A stretch of DNA of 64,000 nt from Marsupella aquatica (lineage: Eukaryota; Plantae; Marchantiophyta), in NCBI GenBank assembly GCA_973895155.1, contig OZ316891.1:11161875-11225874 (forward strand). The letters are read 5' to 3'. The notes beneath the pieces are model-generated. The model did not search any database, was not told the DNA's origin, and saw only the letters and a program-made list of their open reading frames with translations. Shown here piece by piece: positions 25,959 through 37,393 of the stretch. Position 1 is the stretch's first letter. Every line of letters starts with the position of its first letter. Position numbers and translations under genes: made by a program.

Positions 25959-27776
25959 ATGGCCTTTCCTACGAAGCAGAGCTGTTTAAGGTGGACTGAT
26001 GCCGACCGCGTTCAGCTCGTCGAAGCTGTGATCAAAGTTGAGCAGAAGATGATAAGCGAAGCGACAAATTCGAGTCAGAATTCTGCGGGAGAACGAGTTG
26101 CGAAACGAAACTCGATAAAGAACTCGACGGAAAAGTGGGATGCAATCGCAGATTTGCTTCCTCCTCAGTTCAGAGAGAAGTATTGGAATCCCAACAAGCA
26201 CATTTACAATCATCCGAAATGCTGTGGCATGTTCCACAACCTTCTGAAGACATATAGAGACAAGGTGGGTGGGAGGGCAACCAGAAATTCAAGGTGGCGG
26301 ATGTCTGCCCCACTGTTGGAAGTTTTGAAAAGGCGGGAAGATCTTTTCAACGGGAGGTGCTCAGTCTCGGAGAAGACCTTCTCAAGATCAGTACCTGAAA
26401 ATGGTGTGGACACCAGCAGGAGATTACATCATGAAGGGAATCTGGAGCAAATATCACCGACCGGCAAAAGTTCGCTGGGAGTGGATGCGTCAAGGTTCAA
26501 TAGAGGCAGAGTTTCGGACAAGAAAGTTCTCCTTAAGTGGACTGAAGCCGCCCGCCTTCAGATCATAAAAGCTGTGATCAAGGTAGAAACGGAGATGATG
26601 AATGAGAAGAATACAGAAGGTGGATGTTTAACTGGCAATTGGACGGGAAAATGGAACAGGATCGCAGGTCTGCTACCCCCTGGGTTGCAAGAGAGAGCGA
26701 GGAACTCTAATAATCGAACGCAAGGAGAGCAAAAATGCTGTCGTCTGTTTTACAACCTTATTAGTGCATATAGACGTCAGCGTGCAGCAGGGAAAGCTAG
26801 CAAAGGTTTCAGCGGTGTGCTGACGAAGGATGTGGTTAAACTCCTGAAGAAGAGGGAAGAGCTTTTGAGTGGAAGTTTTAACACCCAAGAAAAGAAGAAG
26901 TCCTTCAGATCTAGTCGACGATCAAATTGTATCCGTGCTTGTAAGAATTCGCACAAACTGTCGCAAAATCGGTCGGAATTGGCAGCGTCTCTGAAGGCAA
27001 GTGCCGACGACACAGAGAAATCGTCCCTGGGCCAGTCCATAGGTTCAGGAAGAGGAAAAGGAACTGATTCGTTCTCGCAGAAAGCTGATGGGTCGGATTT
27101 TAAGGATGAGGATTCTAAGAAATTTCCTCAAAATGATGGCGATGTGATTGGAACATCAGATAGGAATTACACCGGTCATGATCTGAAGTCTACGGACAGA
27201 GAGACTTCAGAATACTCTATAGGATTGATGAGCTCGAGATCCGGAAGTGAGTTCAAAGATTCTGCCAATAAAGCCGAGCCTGATGGTAGCCGGAGTGGAG
27301 TTGAAACGCGGGCCCAAACGAGGGCCAAAACGAAGGACTGTAATTCTGCTACAATTCGACCAACTGGAGAATTGAGTACTCCAAGGCCTAAGAGACAACG
27401 GACAAATCCGATGTCCCAGCCAACTTATGATGAACATCTGCAAACCGTTCTGGACCAATCGCTCAAGAGAATAGACAGTGAGTTTCCTGATCTGAGTTCA
27501 TGGTTGCAGAGTCAAGCGACGAGGGATGAATTCAAAAACAAAGTAATTTTGTTAGCTAGGCGCAAGATACATGCAAAGCGATCTCGTGTCACGGGTGAAA
27601 TGATCGACTATTCAAGTTTAAGCAAAATGATCGACCACCTAGTTCGGGCATTGTTTTACAAGCTGCGGATCCGAATTGCTGTGGAGCTGAACGGTGCTTG
27701 CGAGGAGATCGCCCAAGAGGTTGCGGAAGCAGCACAGGTCCTTAACACGTCTCGTCATTCAGGTCAATTTAAATGA
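25959..27776 (+). CDS. Paralogue 3 (~605 aa; 2 domains plus C-terminal module)
   Basis: Long single ORF with two domain copies, RSGVETRAQTRA, AKRSRV and VRALFYKLRIRIAVELNGAC. Confidence 0.85.
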   Translation: MAFPTKQSCLRWTDADRVQLVEAVIKVEQKMISEATNSSQNSAGERVAKRNSIKNSTEKWDAIADLLPPQFREKYWNPNKHIYNHPKCCGMFHNLLKTYRDKVGGRATRNSRWRMSAPLLEVLKRREDLFNGRCSVSEKTFSRSVPENGVDTSRRLHHEGNLEQISPTGKSSLGVDASRFNRGRVSDKKVLLKWTEAARLQIIKAVIKVETEMMNEKNTEGGCLTGNWTGKWNRIAGLLPPGLQERARNSNNRTQGEQKCCRLFYNLISAYRRQRAAGKASKGFSGVLTKDVVKLLKKREELLSGSFNTQEKKKSFRSSRRSNCIRACKNSHKLSQNRSELAASLKASADDTEKSSLGQSIGSGRGKGTDSFSQKADGSDFKDEDSKKFPQNDGDVIGTSDRNYTGHDLKSTDRETSEYSIGLMSSRSGSEFKDSANKAEPDGSRSGVETRAQTRAKTKDCNSATIRPTGELSTPRPKRQRTNPMSQPTYDEHLQTVLDQSLKRIDSEFPDLSSWLQSQATRDEFKNKVILLARRKIHAKRSRVTGEMIDYSSLSKMIDHLVRALFYKLRIRIAVELNGACEEIAQEVAEAAQVLNTSRHSGQFK

Positions 27777-30364
27777 TTGATGCTGATGAATGACTGTACT
27801 ATATACAGTTTCTCCCAGGCATGGACAATGCTGATTGGCTTGTCCAGATGATATATGTCTAATAAGAAAAACTGTGTATCGCTCCCTCCTGCTTGTCCTG
27901 TCGTTGAGGTCGAGCAGGAATCCGGTAATCTTGTTCAGGTAATTTGTCTCAGTCAAAGATGCTGTAGATAGTGATGCAGACTTGAGTTCATGTATATACA
28001 CAGCCTGCACTCAAGTCCTGTTCATTCGCTCCAATGTTAGCATTGTCATCCACACGTACAGCTCCAGTGCGGTCCAATATTTTGGTATGCTTGTGCGAAA
28101 GCTCCTACTATAACTTTGTATGTTGCTAGGGAATGCAGGTCTGCTTAGAATTTGAGCTTTGTTTATAGATTTGTACATATTTTGAGATAAAGGATCACCC
28201 CTTCCCATGTTTAACAGCTAGACTGTAGCCAATGTTCGAACAAACTACTGTAGATTATTTTCTAGTTTCCTAACTGGCCTACTTCGAATGATTTGGCAAT
28301 ATATCTGTGGAATAGAACTATTGACAATTATATTACTCAACATTTCTTCAACATGGAGCAGTTGCATGTGAGAATGTTGGTTTTAGGTGATTAAATGTGC
28401 TAAACTGGGTCATTTAGTCCCGCATTTAGTTACGAAAAATCTTGGGGATAACATACATTCATGAATTACTCTACCTTAAAAGGGTTGGTGGCCCAGGGGA
28501 GGTTCGATCCACCGGGTGAACAAGTTCGATCAATTTCTCCCTACTGTACTCGGGACTGTACTACGTTCCAATCATGGCTGACCAGAAGTCTCAATTTCCA
28601 GTGACTAATTTCATGAATATTCTTCTAGATTGACACATCAAAGGAGAAATTTGCCTCACTGCAGTCGACATCAAACTTTCTCAGTGTTAAATTTTTTTTT
28701 ATCAACTAAAGTATTCACCGGTAGACTTCTCATTTTTTAATTTGGTAGGATAATTATGAGGAAGTTTCCTCTAGTTGCGCATGCAAGAGGATTGCATTAT
28801 GCCTGTACAGTCTTGATATTCGCTCCACTATCTCCGGGATTTGCGGAATCTCCTATCTCTGTGATAACATAGTTCGTTAGCGGTACGTTTGGCGGGACGT
28901 TAGGATTGTAAACGTAGATCTCATGACTTGTGCCTCTGTTCAAGTGATGGTCCTCCGCCTGATATTTGGCCAGGACTTGTAATCATATTTACGTCGGTCC
29001 CTCGCTGATCCCTGCATTCATGGTTCATGATCAAAAGCCATGGTGAGACCGGAACTTGTACGTTTGTTCTCATGCCTACAACCGTAACAACGATTATTGT
29101 GGAGAACGTTTCTATTACCCCTGGAAAGTTGGCTAAAACATGAAAGACACGCACTCAGTGTTAGGCAAAAGACAGAAAGAATGAGCATAGGCTTCTGCGC
29201 GAGAAGACCCAATGCAAGGCGCTTGGAAGAATAAGGCGAACCTTGCAAAACTGCTCTCTGGCCAGACATACCGTTGGATATATGGGTTCGACTTCGGGTT
29301 TTTGTTTTTCATGTTTTGTGACTGGGAACCTACTGAGGACTCCTCTCCTGCACCGAGATCCTGCACCGATGTTCTGGGATAATCACAATCTTAGTACTGC
29401 ATATCGATCTTCAGATGTTAAGGAACTAAGGTTCGACCAAAAAGACATTAAGTGGATTTCAAGAGGAATAAGATTGGTTATAACCATAAACTATAAACCA
29501 CGAGGCTCTCGAAGGCAAATTACATTATATCCCAAGTAGGAAGAGAAGAGCCGTAGTTCATGAATAAAAACGTTTCTATGTCTCTCCGGAGAATGGGACA
29601 ACCTAAAAGCCATTACGAGAGGTAGCTGTGGATTAAACTTGTGGCATGTCATTGACAATACTACACATCTAGCAGTAGCATTACAGGCCCGGACTAAGTT
29701 TCATAGAAGGCCAAATAATAATTAGACTATGAGATTGAAGAAGATACTCTCATACTGACTAAATATTTCATATTTCATACATGTGGTCCCTATTTAGCTA
29801 TACAACACTGCCAAAGAATTAAAGGCTCCAACTCGGATACAAAGACAAGAGACCCAATAAAGGGGAGAAAGCTCAACTGAATAGCAAACTGAAAAGCCTG
29901 GTAAAGGTCAAACTGAAAAGCCTGGTAAAGGTCAAGAGTAACTGACATACTAGGGTCTCTAATAACTGGAGGCCCCAAAACCAACATCCGCAAAATAACA
30001 GCCTCAGCCCTTTGAATGTAGCTTAGACAAGCTACCTTCTAAATTGAATGGACATGTACAGTACATCACGCGCGACACTTTCGTGCTAGCTGATTAGACA
30101 TTCTTCTATCCTTGACACGAAATTAAGATTTACACGTACGTTCAAAAGTCCTAATCATACTCCAGTACTGCACGATGCCGAATTGTTCGCTATGGTGCGC
30201 GATCAACCAATTTGACAAAAGTTTTCCTCCACGGATGCCGCGACTTACATGTAGAATACAACCTTCATGCTTCAGTTTAAGTAATTAAGGGTGTAGCTGG
30301 TTGACAAATCCCAACTTCTCAAGCCTTTTCTCTTCACCTCTGGCTTCGAGTCACATTTCACACC

Positions 30365-31918
30365 ATGGGAGAGTTTCAGAGGTCACGAATTACGTGGACT
30401 GAAACTGCGCGCCTTCAGTTAGTAAGAGCGGTGATCAAGGTAGAGAAAGAGATCTTCGAGAATTCTAAGCTTGTAACTGGAGCAGGAAAGTTGAAGACAA
30501 GTGCCACAGATGGGGAGATTTGGACTAGGATCGCAAATCTTCTACCGCTTGAATTGAGGGGGAAGGTTTGGAGCAACCAATCTGCAGGATTTGTTGGCTA
30601 CAAATGCAAGCATACGTTCTTCCACCTTGTTTCGGCATACAGAGATCAACTTGCCGGAAAGAAAACTTGTTATTCACAGTTGGTGATGACAGAGCCAGTT
30701 TGCGAAATCATAAAAAGGAGGGAGGACCTTTTAAATGCACGAACTTCTACTCGAGCGGAGAGCAGGTTGAAATCAGGTTCTTTAGACAGAGTCAGTACCG
30801 ATACTAGTGCAGCTGAGCATCATCAACGACGTTATGCACAGGAGCAAAGCAATAGAGGAGTCAAATCAAGCAAATCAAACCGATGGACTGAGACTACTCG
30901 TGTACTTCTTATCAAAGCAGTGATCCAGGTGGAAGAAGAGGAGACGAGGAACAAAGACAGACAACGGTCAATTAACTCTTCAAGTTCTAGAACAGGGAAG
31001 TGGACGCGGGTTGCAAATATCCTTAATCCTGTTTTACGGGGGCGGATATGGAACAACGAACAACAAAGCTCCGCCGGTTACATATGCCGATACTCGTTCC
31101 ATGACATTGTGAGAGCATACAGAGCAATGACAGGACACCGAAGTGGATACCACATCCGGCTGACCGAACCAGTTTATGAAGCGATGAAGAAGCGTGAAGA
31201 CTTATTGAGAGCACGAAATTCAGGTAGAGTAGACCTTAACTTTGGGAAACGTAGTCCTGACAGAATCCGTATGAGTACTCGCTCAAGAAAGGATCATGAG
31301 CAGCACCTCAGGTCGCCAACCCATAATTCTTCTCCGAATATGCAGACCGACGAAGAGCAGTCTTCGCAGGAACGGTCTGTGGACACAGCAGCACAACCAC
31401 CAGCCGGGCCACCAGCTACTCTCTCGTCACAGCATGCCAATGAGTCAGAGAGAAAGGATACCCAGTCGATGTCAAACCATACAGAAAGTGATGGAAAAGA
31501 TGAAAACCTTCACGGAGACATGGAGGGACTGCTGAGGAGATTAATAGACCTGGAGTTCTCCCGTCTGAGCTCATGGGTGCAGAGTCGATCGACTCGGTTC
31601 AAGAGAGTGATGCAGGAGATGACATCTTCCGCGATTAAGTCTTGCATGAGGTGTGAGATCAATCATAACCGTTCCGATGCAGGATCCGGTGAAGGTAGAG
31701 CAACTGGGCCCTTTGACAACCAGAGGAATTTAAGGAGAATGATCGATTACCAAATCCTTGCTTCCTTTGAAAAGCTGAGGGTTCAATTTACAGCGGATCT
31801 CAAGAATACTTCCGCGAAACTTACTGAACAGGTTGTACGGGGATTGAAAGCTTCTCCAGGTTTAAACCATGGTGTAGGGGAAGAGCAGCGTCCACTCAAG
31901 AGAAGTCGACGTCGCTAG
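30365..31918 (+). CDS. Paralogue 4 (517 aa; 2 domains plus C-terminal module)
   Basis: Single ORF with good start context (accATGG), two domain copies and a terminal NLS-like PLKRSRRR. Confidence 0.85.
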   Translation: MGEFQRSRITWTETARLQLVRAVIKVEKEIFENSKLVTGAGKLKTSATDGEIWTRIANLLPLELRGKVWSNQSAGFVGYKCKHTFFHLVSAYRDQLAGKKTCYSQLVMTEPVCEIIKRREDLLNARTSTRAESRLKSGSLDRVSTDTSAAEHHQRRYAQEQSNRGVKSSKSNRWTETTRVLLIKAVIQVEEEETRNKDRQRSINSSSSRTGKWTRVANILNPVLRGRIWNNEQQSSAGYICRYSFHDIVRAYRAMTGHRSGYHIRLTEPVYEAMKKREDLLRARNSGRVDLNFGKRSPDRIRMSTRSRKDHEQHLRSPTHNSSPNMQTDEEQSSQERSVDTAAQPPAGPPATLSSQHANESERKDTQSMSNHTESDGKDENLHGDMEGLLRRLIDLEFSRLSSWVQSRSTRFKRVMQEMTSSAIKSCMRCEINHNRSDAGSGEGRATGPFDNQRNLRRMIDYQILASFEKLRVQFTADLKNTSAKLTEQVVRGLKASPGLNHGVGEEQRPLKRSRRR

Positions 31919-33712
31919 ATATTGACGGTCGGACGACATTCGAATACTTGGGAACACAAACCGGAATATCTTCTATAGACAGGATCAGTGAACTTAGATT
32001 AACTTTCCAGATAAAAGAGTATGAAGAGAAACAGTATGCATCGTACCAAGTATGGAGATGTTCAGTACTACGACAAGAAAATTTTCGAAAGGCTCACCAA
32101 ATGAGTGCCCAATTTTGGAACCGACATAGTATGTATGTTAACGTGCCACAGTTTCCTGAACCAGTCGATCTTGCAATCCTGAGATTGTACGTCGGGCGGC
32201 GTTGCGAAGAAATTTTAGGCAGTGCTTAGACTGCGAAGCAGCTTCTTTGAACTCAGGACCAGTGTTGAACGACTTCTCCCCGTTTCGTTGGCAAGCTTTT
32301 TTAGTACGTAACCACCAGTAGGCTGGGTCCAGCAAGCTTGACGGGTTGATTGTGTACTTATTCTAACAGTTGATGGAGCTCAAATTTCAAATACATTTTT
32401 TGACAGATTCATTTTCGCAATCGATTCATATGAGCTTTGCGCTAGTTCTTTGCATTTCATAATCGCTCTCTAGACCGATCTTTAAACTGATACTAGGTAA
32501 CTAGTTAGGAATGAGTTCCAGAAAATTACACGACAGAGTACTCAGACCTCGACTCAGACAATGGCTGAGATGTATGCGAATTACGATACTTGTTGCTCAA
32601 AAGCAGTCCTGGAACATTTGGGAAGATTGAACAAGCAACCAATATGTTAATCATATCGTAGAACGACGAGTCGTGCACTAGTCTGTGAATTGAAACAGAA
32701 ATGAATGTTGCGTTGGTTCCACACTTCCGTTAATCTGAGACCGCTGCCATTATTCTTCAAGTAACTTGAATGTTTAGATGTGTTCTGTAACAAGTACGAT
32801 CCGTCTAGCTGATATGGAAAAGTTCGAAAAATTCTTCTAGTAGGAATTCCCACAGTCTCTCCCCATTACTGACATCCAATGCTTGACTTAAAATTCTCCG
32901 ATTGTCACATTTGTTCCAATTGACTTCGAATTTGTATCAAATCTTTCTCTTGCTTGCAGACTGTTTTCCAGACAGTTTCCCAAGCTTTATGTTCTGTACT
33001 GTCACCTCCCACTGCTGTTCCCCTTCGCATTCACAATTTATCACAATCAGATCCGATTCCTGAGCGAGTAAACCACTGCCTGGATTCGAAAAAAATGCAC
33101 TTCAGGTCGACGCAATTCCGCATTTCTTCAGGTGAAACTGGCAATTTGAATGTAATTATGTATTTGCGTCCAAGTCATAGCTTAATACATCGAGGGCTGG
33201 CGTTTACCCAATCGATCTTATTCCGGGTATCATGCAAAAGCTCTACCCGTCTGCCAGAGCTCAACAATACTTTGCACTAGAATTCGTGATCTATAACTAT
33301 ACTGGAGCGCCGGTTTCAAAAGTGGAAAGATTTTTCGAGGTATCAATGAAACGTTGAATAACTGAAGGACAGGTCAACAATCATCGATCACCCATACTAA
33401 ACACAATCTTGAGTACAATTTCCTGATTTGAAAACCACCCTGGAGCTAAGAACTAGCGGCATCGTAGCTACACAGTACACCGCCATTAGTCACAATCTTT
33501 AAATTTGCTGTTACTCTAATTGTGGTGTGCCTTAAGTCACACTGTCCGCGACAATAATTTCAGTGACACCATTCGCCAGCCAAGCAGATTCATTGAGGCT
33601 TCACGCGAGTTGCGGAAGCAGACAATGGCTTGACTCACTCACTTTTGTTACAATTACTCTCAAGGCTGTTGAGTACACTTGCATATCGAGATTTGCAAGA
33701 CTCTACAAAATT

Positions 33713-33826
33713 ATGGAGAATCACAACACGCACAGGAGAGGGAATAAACCTGAGAATGAGTGGCTACACATGGAGAATCACAAGATGCACAGGAGAGGGA
33801 AGAAACTTGAGAATCAGTGGCAAACA
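33713..33826 (+). repeat. 57-bp tandem duplication within a short ORF (33713-33859)
   Basis: atggagaatcacaa..gcacaggagagggaa.aaac.tgagaat.agtggc at 33713 and 33770. Confidence 0.8.
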
Positions 33827-34249
33827 ATTGCTGTAAATTTGGTGACAGTTTTAGGATAGAGCCTAACGATCACTCTTGCGATAGCATGAAAGCACTAGAG
33901 AAGGTAGGCGCATAACTTTCCGTGTCCAATTCTGTCAGTAGAGACTAGTTTGTTTTCAAAACTGCAATACAGAAACAGAAACACCCAAACTACATTAAGA
34001 CTACTGTTTCCCAAATGCCTTCCAACTACGCAGATGCAGTGACCTAATGGAACAGTGCCCGTCTTAATGCCATGTAACCAAGAGAAAAAAACAGAATGAA
34101 AATACCAATTGGATCCCACGAGTCTACAACATTGACTCGTAGGGTTTTTTTTCAGCCTCCTCCAGGAACTTCACACCTACAAAAAGGAGGAGATGAAACG
34201 TGAATTCCAACCACGGTGAAAGGGAAACTTTGCCCAAGGGTTTCAAAAC

Positions 34250-34770
34250 AAGAAAAATAATCATGCTGCAGTCCCGAGCTCAGTTCTACCTTGTTGCACA
34301 TGTATAGATGTTCTCACTTGGCCGAGTTGATGGCATGCCACAAGAAGCATCGGTCGGAGCCTGGTGTGATATGATTACCAGTTGACTCTCTTGCTCATAA
34401 ACACGTGGATTCAACATGACCAGATTTTAAGAGTGACCCTCGCCATGTGCAATTGGGGTTTGGCCTTGGATGGAGTTAGCTCTCATTCACTTGGAGTGAA
34501 AGGGAGGACTACATTAGTTTGGCCAGTGATTTTCATGAATTACAACTTTCCACCTTGGTTGTCCATGAAAAAGGGCTTTATGTTGCTACCTTTGATTATC
34601 TCAAGGCCAGAGAAGGTGAACAACATGGACACCTAATTGACGTTAGTAGTTTGGGAGCTGCAAAAATTATGGGAGGGAATATGGGCATATGACAGTGGAA
34701 AGATTACAGGGGATTCATCACGGGTTTTTTAATTGAAAAGGGTTTGTATGTGGACCATGCATGGCTATCC
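34250..34770 (+). mobile_element. CACTA/En-Spm transposase (Tnp2/Transposase_21-like) remnant
   Basis: GLALDGV...WPVIFMNYNFPPWLSMKKGFMLLPLII...ELQKLWEG...CMWTMHGYP, with stops and frameshifts. Confidence 0.8.
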
Positions 34771-34804
34771 AGTTAAGAATTCATCACCTACTCTTTTTTT
34801 TTGT

Positions 34805-35010
34805 CTCCCTTCAACATATTTGCCTCTACTCAACATCTTTTTACTCTTCAACATCTTTGCCTTGCCTCAATATCTTTTCTACTTCATAACAACTTTGCCT
34901 CGTTTGAACATCTTTCTTTTCCTTAACATCTTTGCCTCTCATTGACGTCTTTGCCCACCCTGACATATTTGCTTCTCCTTGCCATGTTTTTCTCTCCTTG
35001 ACATCTTCTG
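34805..35010 (-). repeat. Minisatellite, ~18-19-bp unit; reverse complement of the 63.2-63.7 kb array
   Basis: Repeated caacatctttgcct / ttgacatctt. Confidence 0.7.
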
Positions 35011-35041
35011 TGCAACACATAGACATGAGGCTATTATCTTA

Positions 35042-35434
35042 ATCATAGCTTGTATGCCATAAACTTGTAGGATCTGAACTCTATCATCTAAACTATTGAG
35101 AGGTTCAAGCTTTGCCACCTCACTGGCATTATTTGGGCTAGTAGCTTAGTCATAGCTTGTATGCCATAAACTTGTAGGGTCTAATCCTTATCATCTAATT
35201 AGTGATAGGTTCAAGCTTCCCCACCTCACAGGCATTTGGCTAGTAGTTTAATCATAGCTTGTATGCCATAAACTTGTAGGGTCTAATCCCTATCATCTAA
35301 TTAGTGATAGGTTCAAGCTTCCCCACCTCACAGGCATTTGGCTAGTAGTTTAATCATAGCTTGTATGCCATAAACTTGTGCGGGTCTAGTCTCTATCATC
35401 TAAATTAGTGAGAGGTTCAAGCTTCCCCACCTCA
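35042..35434. repeat. Tandem repeat, ~102-bp unit, 4 copies
   Basis: tcatagcttgtatgccataaacttgt...ggttcaagctt..ccacctca at ~35043, 35150, 35252 and 35354. Confidence 0.92.
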
Positions 35435-36258
35435 ACTGAGTCTCAAGACAGACACACACAAAAGCATGGCTGCTTTGCGTTCCCCGCGAAAGCATGCATA
35501 CCCAGAACCCCCATTGGTAAAGGCAACCTGGCCGACTTTTAGTGAGGTGAAAGCACTCACTGGAATTTTTCTCTTTTCAAGGCTTAGAGCATTCCCACCC
35601 ACCAGAGCTACTATCAGTATCTTCTTCCATCACAAAGGAGCTATGAGATCAACAAATAGAGTCAAATTTGAGATCCATTGTAATACCCAATAGCAATCTC
35701 CACTACTTAGAGAGTCAACTTTGGTATAGGGATCCTCTTAGCTCATAGTGAGCCTACACAATTCACCCTCTTCTGTATTACTCTATTATTACAGTGTACA
35801 GTTCTCTCTCTAGGTGCAACTCCTGGGACGAAGCATCTGGTGTGCACCGAACATGGGTTTGTACTACATCATAAGTGCAAAAATGTGGAATGTGCATTTA
35901 TTGATCAAAGTGTACACTATCTAGATGTGTAGCGATGGACCCTCTTTCAGTCTACATTCTTGTGACCTCTTCCTTCCTAAATTGTAGATCCTGCCCTAAA
36001 TGTGATCCTCATTGTGATCCCTGCCCTACCCTCATAAGTGCAATTCTTACTCTACATAAAGTTAACTCTTATCACAAAGTATAATTCAAAGGAATTGCCA
36101 CAGGAATGTGCACCTTGTTAGGCCAAGTTAACTCTTAAGTCTTTGGTTAATCTCTCTTAGTTTAATCTGCATTAGGCCTTAATGGTAATTAGACGTGACT
36201 ATAGTGCCTAGCATATAGGGGAGCAAGGCACCCGGGTACGCAACTCTTGTATAATAGG

Positions 36259-36496
36259 CAGGGGTCTACATTTTTATATGGACTAAAAGTTGGCTATACA
36301 AAATTATTAAAATTTGAAAAAACCTGGGTTTTCCACTTTTAAAAACTTTCAAGTTAGTCATATAAAAGGTTTGGTTCTCTTCTTTTTCCATATGAAATTA
36401 AAAAATATTCCTATACATGTCGTAGTTTTTATTGAAAGATTTTTATAATTTTAATAAAAATCCCAAAAAGCTGGCTAGTTTGGCTGTAGACCCCTG
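36259..36496. mobile_element. Candidate MITE (238 bp) with hAT-like termini
   Basis: Perfect 12-bp TIR CAGGGGTCTACA / TGTAGACCCCTG with an AT-rich interior. No TSD recognisable. Confidence 0.5.
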
Positions 36497-37164
36497 TATT
36501 AAAAAAAAGTCATATAATTTGGTTTTGATCAACTTTTTATACATCAAAACATATTAGGTTTTTATTTAAGTTACATTTTTGGATTCCTTGAGTTGAGAGG
36601 TACAAAACTTTAGTAAACTAAAATGAAATCTAAGATGGCCTAACGATATAAGGTCATTATAAGGAATTAGTTCGTGGACCCTCGGGCTACACTTTTTAGG
36701 CCTTGTTTGAGTAAAAACAATCATAATATAATATTAGCTTTAGCTCAAGTTGTGAGAGGCTATTATGCTCCCTAAGCTTTCTAGTAGCTGACTCCTGTTT
36801 GTAGAAGATTGGTCGCCCGATTGGTCAATATACTTTCAAATAATTGGAAATTCTGGATGTTTCATTGAAGTTTGACTGTGGCAAGTTTTGAATTAGAGGT
36901 TAATAGCCTCATGACCTTGATGCAACTACCCGTGCAACTATTCACCAGGTGAGAGAGAAGGGCAGAGAGCCTAAGCTTTGAGAAGAGAGAAGTTTCAATA
37001 GGAAGGGAAGTTGGTAGTCATGTTGTGTTGGACAAATAGGATAGATTTTACAGTCGCTTACATTGTTTAAATTACATTTTCTCACAAAATCATGGTGGAC
37101 CCATTCAGTGATGGCCTGAGCAGTTTGACATTCCTTCAATTGCCACATGAATACTTTGCTTTGC

Positions 37165-37393
37165 AGGCCAACGGGGTGCTTATCTCAAGCAGTTGTCAAA
37201 ATCATGTCTTTTTGCTACATGCAATCAAATTCTCAAGCTAAGAGAGTCAAAATTCAATACAAGTGCATTTGAAACCAGGCCGACGGCGTGGTTATCACAA
37301 GCAGTTGTCAAAATCAGGCTCTTTTGCTACATGCAACCTAATTTTCAAGTTAAGAGAGTCAAAATTCAATCCGTGGCAAGTGCATTTGAAACA
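37165..37393. repeat. Tandem duplication, ~112-bp unit, 2 copies
   Basis: caggcc.acgg...caagcagttgtcaaaatca...gctacatgcaa...agagagtcaaaattcaat...caagtgcatttgaaac occurs twice. Confidence 0.85.

Noticed and set aside
19363-31918. Array genes as parts of intact PIF/Harbinger transposons
   Set aside because: No DDE nuclease ORF, TIRs or TAA/TTA TSDs were seen around them. Only a remote origin remains possible.
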